Source of the DNA: the human T2T-CHM13v2.0 reference genome, Homo sapiens | Direction: 5' to 3' (one strand) | DNA: 64,000 nt | NCBI RefSeq assembly: GCF_009914755.1 | Contig: NC_060940.1 | Shown here: one piece after another, positions 1 to 25,788 of the stretch | Position numbering within the stretch: position 1 is the stretch's first letter | How the letters are laid out: every line of letters starts with the position of its first letter | Program-made: the position numbers and the translations under genes | Notes under the pieces: model-generated | What the model was told of the DNA's origin: nothing | Database searches by the model: none | What the model saw: only the letters and a program-made list of their open reading frames with translations

Positions 1-278
1 ACAACCCGAATGCATCACTCGAGTATTGATTAAGAAACTAGAGCATATCCATACCGCGGAAGCTCATAGTGCCGCTAATGTCTGTGCAGTAAGGTCTCAT
101 TTATGTAGAAACACATCAAGCACCTTTTCTCCCCGCTATGGATGACTTTTTTAGTAAAAGCACAGGAAAAGGTCTGGGACGTCATTTGTCAGACTGTTAA
201 GTCGGGGGGTACAATGGCATTGAGGAAGGGAGAGTTTTACAGATTTCTATATTGTTTGAATCTTCCCTTTTTTATTAA

Positions 279-593
<315 letters not shown>

Positions 594-904
594 TAAGCCA
601 CCAAGCCCGGCCAGTTTGTATTTTTATTGTTGAAACAAAAAATCGATTACTGAAAATTGCATAATACACTTTTCAGTAGAGAGTAACAATGTAAGGTATA
701 AATGTGTCATACATTTATATGTACCTGTGGATAAATGGCTTTGGATGGTGTCTGTAAGCCCTTCTGTGACACCTCAGGGCCAGATGTGTTTTGGAATTCA
801 GAGGTTTTCAAATTTGAGAAAGATAATATAGTGCACAGACGATATATCAAGCACATCTCCAGAGGGATCTGGGGCAACACTAAATAATGAAACATATCAG
901 TTAA

Positions 905-1221
<317 letters not shown>

Positions 1222-1761
1222 TTAATTGATGTATAATGTGCAATACAGAAAAACACACGAGTGGGTATAGCTCAATGAAATTTTATAAACTGAAGATATA
1301 TGTTATTAATATTTCCACCATAATTTTGAACATTTACATTTAGTGGAATAAATTGAGATTATAAATATGCTTATATCAGGTCAGGTGGTGCTGCCAAATG
1401 AATGACATTGGGTTTTGCTGTCAAAGAGTTATGAAACACCCGGGTTTTGGATTTCTGGCTTTGGGATGAGAGCTTGTGGGCCTGTGTTAATAGGAGAGAC
1501 AGTCACATGAGCAAGGCATTACAGTAAAGCCTAGAAAAGGCTTCAGGGCCATGAAAGGATGGGGACTGGATGGCTCTTCAGCCTGGGGTTTGCTCGTGTA
1601 TTCCACATCCTTCCTCCTCAGTCCTGCCATTTTGCTCTTTCCCCAGGAGTACACATCCAGATGCCAGCCCAGCTACCACAGGGGATCCCTCTGGGAGACT
1701 GAAAGTACAGGTTCTGGGGCCCAGGTTGAAGCCGACCAACCCTGAGCCTCAGGCCAGGGGA

Positions 1762-5838
<4,077 letters not shown>

Positions 5839-6609
5839 GCAGCTGACTTGGCCGGAAACCCGGGGGAGGCCCAGCCACGGCACATCCTGCTTTGTTCACC
5901 ACTGGGACTCTCCTTCCATCTGTGGCCACCTCCCGGGCTGTCCGAGGGACCCCAGGGTACCTCACACTCGGAGCTCGCCTGCCCTGCTTGGCTCTGAGGA
6001 CCTGCCCAGCGCTCAAAGGGAACGGAAGCCTTCCCCTCCCGCCCCCGATCTTGTCCTCTTTCCCCCTTCTGCGCCTAGCGTTCCTCTTCCCCTCTAGTTT
6101 CCTGGAGCCCCAACACATTCCTGGCAGGGACAGCAGGGTGGCAAGGACTCAGGTCTAGGTCCCTTCCCAGAAGCCCCCGAGCCTCATTTGACTGTGTGGC
6201 TCTTTGGCCCCCACCCTGTGGGGTGGGTCCATGGGTCAGGCCTCTGCCCTACCAACCTGTGCCTTTCAGTGGGCGTGGAGGACTGGCCTTGGCCCCCCAG
6301 GGGGCTGCTGGACTTTGGGAGAGACAGCCCACACCTGTGGGACCGCGGGTCTTAGTCACGGCGGCAGGGGCTTTCTGGCCCCCTCCCACTCCCGTTTCCA
6401 GGCCATGACCACTCTGCCCTGTCCTGGCCATACGGACTCGGCCTGCCTTTGCCCTCGGCCTACTTGCCCTAGCATGAGGCTCTGAGAGCCACCTGCCCAC
6501 CAATCTGGTGAGGATAATGGTGGCTCCAGCGACAGGAGGCCAACCCTGGAGACCAAGAACAGGGCGCCTGGCTGCCATCTTTTCCTCCAGAGGTGGGGCT
6601 GCACCAGAC

Positions 6610-7300
6610 TCAGCACTAGCACTCCATCAGCACTAGCACCTCACTCCATCAGCACTAGCACCTCACTCCATCGGCCCCGGCACCCTGCTCCATCGGCACT
6701 GGCGCCCTGCTCCATCGGCACTAATGCTCCACTCGGCGCCCCACTCCATCGGCCCCGCTCCATCGGCACTAATGCCCCACTCGGCGCCCCACTCCATCAG
6801 CACTAATGCTCCACTCCATTGGCACTAACGCCCCAACTCCAGCGGCACTAATGCCCCACTCGGCGCCCCACTCCATCAGCACTAATGCTCCACTCCATTG
6901 GCACTAACGCCCCAACTCCAGCGGCACTAATGACCCGCTCCTTTGACATTGGTGCCCCACTCCATCAGCACTAACGCCCTGCTCCATCGGCACTGGTGTC
7001 CCACTCCATTGTCACTAACGTCCGGCTCCATCGGCACTACCACCCCGCTCCATCATCACTATGTCCAGCTCCGTCGGCACTACCACCCCGCTCCATCATC
7101 ACTATGTCCAGCTCCGTCGGCACTACCACCCTGCTCCATCATCACTACGTCCAGCTCCAACGGCACTGGTGCCCCATTCCATCGGCACTAACGCCCCGCT
7201 CCACCGGCACCAGTGCCTCGCTCCATTGGCACCAACGCCCAGCTCCACCGGTACTGGCTCCCCGCTCCATCGGCACTAACGCCCCGCTTCATTGGCACTT
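6610..7300 (+). repeat. Imperfect minisatellite in ZNF213 3'UTR (CTCCATCGGCACTAAYGCCCC-type, with 79-bp and 43-bp higher-order units)
   Basis: Repeated CTCCATCRGCACTA cores; 79-bp period at 6781/6860; ~3 x 43-bp at ~7020-7150. Confidence 0.9.
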
Positions 7301-7399
7301 TGCTGCTGCCTCCTGAGCACTGCCTTCCATGAACAGGGACAGACCAGAGGCCGTGCAAGGACTCCCCCTCAGACCTCCAAAGGGCAACAGAAGAGTATT

Positions 7400-7405
7400 A
7401 ATAAA
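7400..7405 (+). terminator. ZNF213 polyadenylation signal
   Basis: AATAAA ~1.56 kb after the stop, followed by GT/T-rich TGTTCTGTTCTTT. Confidence 0.75.
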
Positions 7406-8627
7406 CGTGAAAACTTACCTCCAGGCTGTTCTGTTCTTTCGGTAGCTGGAGGGTGGGGATACCTGGAATATATGCCCCTTGCCCTGGCCTTGTGTCCTGG
7501 TGGCACATGCTGCTGCACCGTGACCAGGCAGAGCTGCGTCCTTGGCGTCCAGGTCGGCTGGGCCCCAATGGGCAGCCGTGTCCCCTGGGACTCTTGTCCC
7601 CCTGTGTCAGCTAGTGCCTGCCCTGCTCTGGGAGCACCGTCGGTGCTCCAGCAGAACGGGGAGCTGAGCAGGACTCAGGGTCTTCACCAGGCCACTCCTC
7701 TCCCACAACTGTGAAAGGAAGAAGGGCCCATAGACGCTGCTTGGTCAGTGGTGGGACCCTCTTGCTGCGTGTTGGGGATCTGGAACTCAAGGCTGCCCCA
7801 GGCTGAGTCCCTTGGAGGAGGGGCTGACGGCGGGCTTGCCCTTCCCACCAGCCCCTGACATCCAACTTCTCCCTACCAGGAGCCCCAGGCCGGGACCCAC
7901 CAAGGGCTGGTGGGTGCGTGGTCAAAACTAGTGATCATCCAGGCACGACCCCTCCTTCCACCCATGCTGGTTCCTTCTCTTTCACCTGCTAGTGGCCTCA
8001 GGGCCCCTGGCTGAGGGGAGGCGGGGGCCGGTGGACAAGACGCTCTGGTCCCTTGGTAACAGGTGTGCATGTACCAGCCCTCTCTGCCCCTAGGCCTTTC
8101 TTAGCCAACCTTCCATGCACACATCATCCTGCGGTCACTGTCATGGTCTCCGTTTCCCGTAAGAAGCAAGCAAGGTCTCGCTGTGGTCAAGGCTGATTCC
8201 AGTTGGTGATTTTTACCTCTGGGGGCCTGGTGCTGTGTGCATGCGTGTGGCGGGTGGCCGGGATGGTACAAGGACTTCTTGGTGGCGGTGGCTGGCTCCA
8301 AATGGAGACACTCGGGTGTAACGAGATCAGATAAGCACGTAGGCCAGGAGCTAAGAATAGGATTGAGCACAGGTTCCTGGCTCGGGTAGGGGCATGTCAG
8401 TGCCAGCAAAGAAGTCACCAGCAGGAGCCAGAGAATGAAGCCCAGGCTGGGAGAGCGGGGCCAGGACCCAGGGTTCCAGGGATGGGGCAGAGTCCAGCTC
8501 AGCTCATAAGCAGAGCTGATAGTACTCGTTAGGGTAGAGGGCAAGGGTTAGGACCCAGGGCACTGAGAGCCCAGGGCCAGGAGGTGAGCTCCGAGCTTGG
8601 TGCTTGGAGGAAGCCCCGTCTCGCCCT

Positions 8628-14422
<5,795 letters not shown>

Positions 14423-14553
14423 GGGTGCGGCGGCCACGGGGGCGCTGCTGAGACGGTGGCCAGATCCCAGCGCCATTCTTGCCTCCATCCACCCCCCATC
14501 CCCCCGGTTTCCTCATCTGAGAGCGAGGCGTGGCAGCGTGGGGGTGGCCGTGC

Positions 14554-14559
14554 AATAAA
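14554..14559 (+). terminator. CASP16P polyadenylation signal
   Basis: AATAAA ~130 nt after the terminal TGA. Confidence 0.7.
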
Positions 14560-15287
14560 TATCTGCCGTGAACAGTGCCTGTTCTCAAGGACGTGTGAAA
14601 TAAGTGAGATAATGTGTGTAAAGCGCCTGGCACTGCATATGGACGCAATAGTGTCCATGGGAACCGAGTTGGGGCCTGTGCCCAGCTTCCGGGACTTAGG
14701 AACCCAACATGGGCTGGACTGGGCTGGGCTGGGTTGGCAGTTCGGTTATGGGAGCGTCCAGGGGGAGAGGGGTCCCAGGAAGAGGACGCATATCCCTCTC
14801 CCAGACATGTCCCTGTGTATGCGCGCCCCACCTCCACCCCGCGCTGGGCCATAGAAACTCAGGAGACACGGCCTCCGCTTTCCAGGCGGCCAGAATAAAG
14901 TCTGGGGCCAAAAGCCTCTGAAACACACCTTTGCAGGTTCACCGTGATGGAGCAAGCACAGGGGCTGGGCAAGCAGCTTGCAGCCCCTGACCCAAAGCGG
15001 CGGGAGGCACATGGGGGAAAGCGCTCCCAAACGGCGTCTCGGAGGGGCCTGCTGCGGGGAGGGTGGGGTAGGGCGGGCTCGCCAGGGCTCGAACTCACAG
15101 TCCCGGGCCCGCGGCGGCGGTTTCCACCCAGCAGCCTCAGCGGCCCGGCGCGGTGGCCCAGCTCGGAGTCCCGCCCACCGGGAGCCTCGGAAGGACCGGC
15201 CTCCCCTCACTCTAAGCATGCGCGTTAAAGCGACAGCATAGGCTATAGAAAGCTTTATGAGAATAGCTGGGAACCATACAGCCGCAG

Positions 15288-15360
15288 GGCCGCGTGGCCT
15301 AATGGATAAGGCGTCTGATTCCGGATCAGAAGATTGAGGGTTCGAGTCCCTTCGTGGTCG
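15288..15360 (+). tRNA. TRR-CCG1-3: tRNA-Arg(CCG)
   Basis: 73-nt cloverleaf; anticodon loop TT-CCG-GA; B box GTTCGAGTC; downstream TTTT. Confidence 0.97.
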
Positions 15361-15764
15361 TTGCCATGTTAACGTTTTCTTCCAGCTCCACTTAAAATTT
15401 CTTCACCTGGGACTGCACCCTGGGCGACTACGACACTCGAACTGAGTGCGCCGGTCGCTCTCCCCTCACCCCCGTAGGAACACTGGGACCTCGGCCTGCG
15501 CCTCCAGTCGCGAAGCTAAGGACCCAGGGCCAGAATAGCAGCGAGGGCGACTTAGAGAACGCCGGCAGGGCCCTGGCGGACTGCGGAGCTTGAAGCCAGA
15601 GAACGCAGGTCCTGGGATCTGGTAGGGGATTGACTTCACAAATTAACGTTCAGGTGATGGAAACCGTGACAGACGCGGGGCTGGGATTGCTTGCTGTGAG
15701 GAGTTGCCCCAAGGGATCAAAGGACACCTGTAGTTTTTTGTTTTTGTTTTTGTTTTTTTTTTGA

Positions 15765-16067
<303 letters not shown>

Positions 16068-16917
16068 TAGTTTAATTGATTATTGTGATGAAAAACTTTG
16101 TATCAACTGATCATGGGGTAACAAAGTAAAAAAGAAAACGATTATAGTGGTGATGAGCCGGGCGCGGTGGCTCACGCCTCTAATCCCAGCACTTTGGGAG
16201 GTCGAGGCGGGCGAATCATGAGGTCGGGAGTTCCAGACCAGCCTGACTCACATGGTAAAACCCCGTTTCTACTGAAAATACAAAAATTAGCGGGACGTGG
16301 TGGCGCGCGCCTGTACTCCCAGCTACTCAGGAGGCTGAGGCAGGAGAATCGCTTGAACCCGGGAGGCCGGAGGCTGCAGTGAGCCAAGATCGCGCCACTG
16401 CACTCCAGCCTGGGCGACAGAGCGAGACTCCGTCTCAAAATAGAAAATAAATAAAATAAAATAAAATAAAATAAAATAAAATAAAATAAAATTCAAAGAG
16501 TGTCTCCAGGATTGAGTTAATATTTCACCGAGGGGAAAAAAAAATGTCTACCAGCGGAACCCGAGTTTAGTCCGGGTGCCGAGCAGCGCCTCTTGGGGTA
16601 TCCTTCCACGGGGTGGGGTATCCTTCCACGGGGTGAAGGCTGCGGAGAGTCGCAGCTGCAGGCATGGCCTCCGGTCGGCGGACGCTGGTGACCTGGCGTC
16701 GTGCAGGGTGTCACTTTCTCCTTTAATTTTTTTTGATGTTTCAGTGGTTTACGAAGGTATTTGTTTTTGGTAGAGACGGGGCGCTCACTATTTTGCCCAT
16801 GATGGTCTCGAACTCCTGGACTGAAGCGTTTACTAGGTATTAAAGGAAAAGAACGTCATTAAAATACAGATTTTTTTAAAAAGGAAAATAACACACGTGT
16901 TGGGGCAGGAAAGTAAA

Positions 16918-16955
16918 CACCCAACGTGGCGATCCTGAGATTAACACCTAGCCAG
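16918..16955 (-). pseudogene. Internally deleted tRNA-Lys(CTT) relic
   Basis: CCCAACGTGG..GATCCTGAGATTAA..CTAGCC are colinear pieces of the reverse-complement Lys-CTT gene, with two deletions. Confidence 0.5.
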
Positions 16956-17207
16956 CTGGGGATGTAGAGGGCGGATTTTGGAGGGTCATTATTAAGAGGC
17001 TTCCGACCACTGGGCGGCACCCTTGGTCTAACGGACAATGCGGGGGAGGAGGACGAAGACCGACACTTCCAGAAGCGGCGGGCTCGGGATGAGGAGCCAG
17101 TTGCTGAGCTGGCATCGCGTGCCCCTTCCCATACACTCTACCCATCGCAAGTGCATCATTCGCTACTAATTACCCCTAGACTTGGGTTGTCTCCTGAGTG
17201 GAGACGA

Positions 17208-17279
17208 CGGCTTGTGAAGGAGTTGATCCAGGCACCTCTCGCACCCTAAGCGAAGATCATACCCCTAGACCAAAGAGCG
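17208..17279 (-). pseudogene. Degenerate tRNA-Pro(AGG)
   Basis: ACCTCTCGCACCCTAAGCGA..ATCATACCCCTAGACCAA retained; T-arm/B box and acceptor stem heavily mutated. Confidence 0.8.
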
Positions 17280-17500
17280 GAGCCAAAAAATCTGACGTTC
17301 GGTGTCTTTCAGGTCCCTCTGCACGTGCGCCGTCTCTTTGGGGTCCCGAGGATGCTCAGGAGCGGACGAGATCTGAACCGAAGCTTGGATTGCAGTGGAG
17401 GGGCGGGAGAAAGGCCAGGGTAGGACGGGCAGGCTGTGCAGGAACCACCGCGGAGTGATGGAGAAACTGGTCTAAGACAAGCGACAGCGTTTTGTTATCC

Positions 17501-17573
17501 GCCCCGGTGGCCTAATGGATAAGGCATTGGCCTCCTAAGCCAGGGATTGTGGGTTCGAGTCCCACCCGGGGTA
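17501..17573 (+). tRNA. TRR-CCT3-1: tRNA-Arg(CCT)
   Basis: 73 nt; CT-CCT-AA loop; intact A/B boxes. Confidence 0.97.
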
Positions 17574-18455
17574 AAGAAAGGCCGAATTTTAGTGTTCCTT
17601 ATCGGGCAGAAGAGTTAGAATGCGGTATACTCCAGTGGAGGTGCGGAGTTTCCGAAGGGTTACCAAAAAGGCTCTAAATCAGAAACCTCTACCTGTTTTC
17701 AAGGAAGACGAGCACAATTTCACGTTACAGAAAAAAGGAGCCGAATCTTTTACAGGATGTTAAGTACCATCCATTTAACTTGATAGAAAGGAATGATTGT
17801 TTATTTTTCCAGGTTTGTTAATTCTATTATGGTTACAAATATTTTTTAAATCCTTTTTTTAATAAACACAATTATTTACAGATTAAATTACAGGACAACT
17901 GGTTTGTTTTAAAAATCATAAAACTGAGGCCAGGCGCGCTGGCTTAAACTTGTAATCCCAGCCTGTAATCTCCGTTTCAAAAAAAAAAAAAAAGAAATCA
18001 TAAGATGGATGGCGGTATAGATGAAACTACTTATCCATGAGTAGATAATGGGGGACATGAGGGGACATTGCACTATTTTCTCTCTTTTAATACATATTTG
18101 AAATAGTCCATAGTATTCTTTTTTTAAATCCATGCAATATATGATGCCATCTTCAAGGTAAAAATTTCCCGAACTACAGGACATGGTGTAAAGTAAAATC
18201 AGAAGCCGCTCTGATGGGGACCACTGCTGGAGTTTTGTCATAAATATGTATAAAAACATGGTTGGCTTTTGCCTTTAAAACCAATAATTGGCCCGGGCGC
18301 AGTGGCTGCCGCCTGTAATCCCAGCACTTTGGGAGGCCGAGGCGGGCGGATCACGATCACGCACCAGCCTGACCAACACGGTGAAACCCCGTCTCTACTA
18401 AAAATAGAAAAATTAGCCGGGCGTGGGGGCACGCGCCTGTAATCCCAGCTCCTCA

Positions 18456-19103
<648 letters not shown>

Positions 19104-19207
19104 CCATCATAGGCCACCTGTAGAGAATGGCCACCACAGAGCTACTTAAGGAAGCTGATGCTTCAGTGATGGATTTTTTCGGGAGGCCTTGTGAAAGGGA
19201 GTGTCCT

Positions 19208-19649
<442 letters not shown>

Positions 19650-20436
19650 TCATTAAACATAGGCCACCACTGAGTTCAATTTTCAGCCAACCAACCAAGA
19701 AACCTGGTAGGGCCATGGTCAGCTGCATGAGATAACATATTAACTATAGGCTCTTTGGGATATGCACCCAGATGGATAAATTCACCAGATACAAAATCAT
19801 ATCCCATCCTCCTTATGATGGCTTAAAGTAGCCAAACTTGTTTTGTTTCTGTTTTGTTTTGTCATGTAGGCTGTTTTCTCCAAGGTCAACCTTTGTAGTT
19901 CAAGATTCTCAATTTTGAGTCCAATCTGATGTCACCACTTCTTCCTAATCAATGCTGTATCTTTCACACCAAAGATTTCCTAAGGCTGTGAATTCAATTT
20001 ACATTGCCATTCTGCAACATGCCTAGTTAAATGACATGTTTGATTTTTAGCAATGTCAGCCTTGTGGCTTTAAGGTTATTGTATGGTTGCCATAAATTGT
20101 CCCTGCGTCTCTGAACTTGACTTAGTCTAAAAGTTTAGAGACCTGATCTTGTCATCTTCTTTCTGTAAGCAAACCAGGGCCTTCAGAAGACTTCTTTCCA
20201 CGCCATGAACTAACGAAAGTCTGTGTGGTCACCTGTGCTGCAACAATCAGGCACAGCAGCCACTGGTCACCCAGGGCACTTGCTTCAGCCTGCAACTCCT
20301 CATAATCAACCAGGCCACGCATTGCCTGATCACGATGCTGTTGTATACTGTGAATTATGTCATCTCACGTTCCATTGGTAAGGACCTCAGCACTGCATTG
20401 AAGCCAAAATTTGTTACCAAACCAATGTCCAGGTAG

Positions 20437-20601
<165 letters not shown>

Positions 20602-20604
20602 TGA

Positions 20605-20760
<156 letters not shown>

Positions 20761-21013
20761 TAGCTATTTTCACAGAATATTTAATATGACAGTTATTAGA
20801 GAGGTATAAATACTTGTTCTGGTTTTTGGAGATAGGGTCTCACTGTGTTGCCCAGGCTGCAGTGGCACGATCATGGGTCACTGCACCCGCAAATTCCTGG
20901 GCTCAAGTGATGTTCCTGCCTTGGCCTCCCTAAATGCTGGGATTACAGGCCTGAGTCATGGTACCTAGCCTAGAACCAGATTATAAGGGTGAAATTCTAA
21001 ATTTGACTCCCCT

Positions 21014-21048
<35 letters not shown>

Positions 21049-21162
21049 ATGAGGACCACGTCCCTGATGGTAGGTGAGAGTCCCTGGTGTGCTGTAGCGT
21101 GCAATTATAAGAATTTTTGCCAGTGTTAAACTGGGGTGAAATAGAAGGAGAATTCCTCTTAA

Positions 21163-21438
<276 letters not shown>

Positions 21439-21541
21439 TAGTAGAGACGGGGTTTCACCATGTTAGCCAGGATGGTCTCGATCTCTTGACCTCGTGATCC
21501 GCCCGCCTCGACCTCCCAAAGTGCTGGGATTACAGGCGTGA

Positions 21542-21880
<339 letters not shown>

Positions 21881-22023
21881 TGAAGCCAGTTGGTTGGTGG
21901 AGCGTTTTGCGTTTGCCTGACCAACAATTCCCGATTTGCAAGGTATACGGAGTCACTTCCACGTTTTCTTATTTAGTTTACTTTCTTCCAAGTTGCAAGT
22001 CTAATCCATCCGACAAAATCTCA

Positions 22024-22096
22024 CGCCCAACGTGGGGCTCGAACCCACGACCCTGAGATTAAGAGTCTCATGCTCTACCGACTGAGCTAGCCGGGC
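22024..22096 (-). tRNA. TRK-CTT3-1: tRNA-Lys(CTT)
   Basis: Reverse complement equals canonical GCCCGGCTAGCTCAGTCGG...CTCTTAA...TTGGGCG. Confidence 0.97.
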
Positions 22097-22266
22097 GGCT
22101 ATGAGGAAAATGGTTTCCCACACCTCTGTTGGAGCTCTCCCGAACTTCCCTATTCTATATAAAATTGGTGGGGATGAGTCCTGGATCCGAGACATGAGAC
22201 ATGCTACATCCTGAGCGCTAGAGCCCTAAGCTCGGCGCGGACCGAGGACGCCGCCAGGCCCGTGCG

Positions 22267-22613
22267 GTCTGCCGTCCTTCGCGGGTGTGTGTCATATCCG
22301 CCGACCCTCGTGGGGGTGTATCCTGTCTGCCGACCCTCGTGGGCGTGTGTCCCGTCTGCCGTCCCTCGCGGGCGTGTGTCCCGTCTGCGGTCCCTTGTGG
22401 GGGTGTGTCCTGTCTGCCGACCCTCGTGGGGGTGTGTCCTGCCTGCCGTCCCTCGCGGGTGTGTTTACTGTCTGCCGTCCCTCGCGGGTGTGTGTCCTGT
22501 CCGCCGTCCCTCGCGGGTGTGTGTCCTCTCTGCTGTCCCTCGAGGGTGTGTGTTTCCTGTCTGCCGTCCCTTGCGGTGTGTGTCCCCTGTCTGCCGTCCC
22601 TCATGGGTGTGTG
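22267..22613. repeat. 29-bp CpG-rich minisatellite, ~12 copies
   Basis: Unit ~GTCTGCCGTCCCTCGCGGGYGTGTGTCCY. Confidence 0.9.
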
Positions 22614-23569
22614 CGGCACCTGCAGCTCCCGGGAGCGGGAACGTCGGGGACAAGAGCTGAAGGGACGAAGGACACTGGAGATGGCCAGGGGGAAACTCGG
22701 CGTGACTCTCTCTTAGGGCTGTGTGAGGGTTTTCAAACCCTCATCCCTGTTTAGGGCCGGCAGCGAGGCCTCACCACAGGGACAAGCCCGGTAGACCTTT
22801 CTCCTCCTTAGGCTCCCAGTAAAATGCTGGGTCCCTTGCCAGTGGAAAACGGAAGAAAAGTTTGGAGCGTTTCTGGAGCCGCCCGTTTGGGAAGAAATGA
22901 ACTCTGACCCCAGCTCCGGCCCGTGTATCGGAGGTCCCAGGGCTGCGAGGGTCGCCTGGGCAGAGCTCAGGCCAAGAAGGAGCTCGGCTGAGGACAGGAG
23001 CCCGGGGTCTGTGTGGGAGACGGGATCCCTTCCTAGGATGCCCGGGCTGGCCTGCTGGGAGGCGGCGGGGTCTCCTCCTCAGGGTCCTGCACTCGGGTTT
23101 CACATCGGGTGAAATTTCTGGGCTGGGGCTCAGCACGCGAGACCGCTGCCTCACGCGGGCCACACAGACCACCTCCCCGCGGGCCGCAGCCCCTGGTCAC
23201 CGGCCCTCCTCTCGGTGCTGGGGCCGCCTGGAGCCGCTGGGAGCCGAGTGGCCCTCGGGGAGGCGGCGCCGCGGTGCCCAGGGTGCGGGGTCCGCCTCTG
23301 TGCGCCTGAGGGCGGGGGTCGTACAGGAGCTCTTCCCGGGGCTGGTCCCCGAGGCGCTGCACCTCCTACCAGCTTCCTGTGATCGAAACCGAAACCTCCA
23401 CCTGCGCAACCCTCCCAGATGGGCTTGAGGTTGGGGTGTGGCCGGGACCCGGGCGGGGAGGGGTAGGGGTGGAGTGAAGGCGGGGACTGGGGGGGTGCGC
23501 GTGGACGGGGAGAGTGGAACCGCGGGTGTGGACCTCCAAGTATAGACGTCAGAGAACATTTGTCGTCCT

Positions 23570-23641
23570 GGCTCGTTGGTCTAGGGGTATGATTCTCGCT
23601 TTGGGTGCGAGAGGTCCCGGGTTCAAATCCCGGACGAGCCC
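23570..23641 (+). tRNA. TRP-TGG3-3: tRNA-Pro(TGG)
   Basis: 72-nt canonical Pro body; TT-TGG-GT; long T-run terminator. Confidence 0.97.
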
Positions 23642-24036
23642 CCTTTTTTTTTTTTTTCTGAACACCATCATTTTCTCGCGGTGAAGATTGAGGAGCTTCA
23701 CGGAGTCTCGGCCGCAGGGAACTTGGTCTCTCCGTGGCAGCTGCAGGCGCCGGGGCCGATCCGACTTCCCGCTTCCGTCCGGCTTGCGGCCCCTCGCCTT
23801 GCCCGGCTACAGGAAGGACTCGCCTGCGCCTCCTGACTGGAGCCTTCCACCTGGGAGTTCTGAGTGCGCCTAAGGCCTGGCGCTGAGGCAGTGGACCCCA
23901 GATCCGGGACCCGAAAGGAGGGCAAACACCTCCACCGCCGCGTCTGCCTCTGCGGACGTGGCCCTAGATCCCGGGTGGCCATGGAACTTGGTCTGGGCGT
24001 GTAGTTTTCCTTTGAGTGGGTCGGTTCTAAGTTTAA

Positions 24037-24591
<555 letters not shown>

Positions 24592-24998
24592 TGAGGTCGC
24601 AGCGGCGCGTCCCTCCGGTACATGGCGGGGAAGCGGTGCGGTTCCGGGAGCCTGCGACGCCTCTGGGGAGTCCAAGCCCGGCTCCTAGCCCTTTGCCCGA
24701 GGACGGAGGAGGACCTGGGGGGCTTCCCCTAGCTGATGGTCTCAGTTCTCCAGGGGCGGCGGAGACAGCAGGAAGCCCCAAAACCCGAGCTGGGTTTCCT
24801 GCTTGGAGTCGCAGGGTGTGGCAATGTTGAAGTTCGCCGTGCCCCTGCTCCCTATGGGAATTAGAATCCGGTCCAGGACAAGCATCGGGAAAGGGGGACA
24901 GTTTGTGACCGAGGAAACTAGGACTGATCCAGAACAGCGCAGGCAGAGACGCGCTGGGCTCATGAAGCGCGACAAAGGCCCCGACCCCTCTTCCGCTT

Positions 24999-25093
24999 GG
25001 CTCGTTGGTCTAGGGGTGTGGTTCTCGCTTAGGGACCACAGGGACAAGCCCGGGAGACCCAAGAGGTCCCGGGTTCAAATCCCGGACGAGCCC
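24999..25093 (+). tRNA. TRP-AGG3-1: tRNA-Pro(AGG)-derived gene with insertion after G37 (probable pseudogene)
   Basis: Pro 5' and 3' halves present; TGCG replaced by 27 nt (25035-61); two A>G changes in the D arm. Confidence 0.85.
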
Positions 25094-25133
25094 ACACTTT
25101 AAGAACCCAGCAGGGGCTGGGCGCGGTCGCTCA

Positions 25134-25484
<351 letters not shown>

Positions 25485-25487
25485 CTA

Positions 25488-25788
<301 letters not shown>

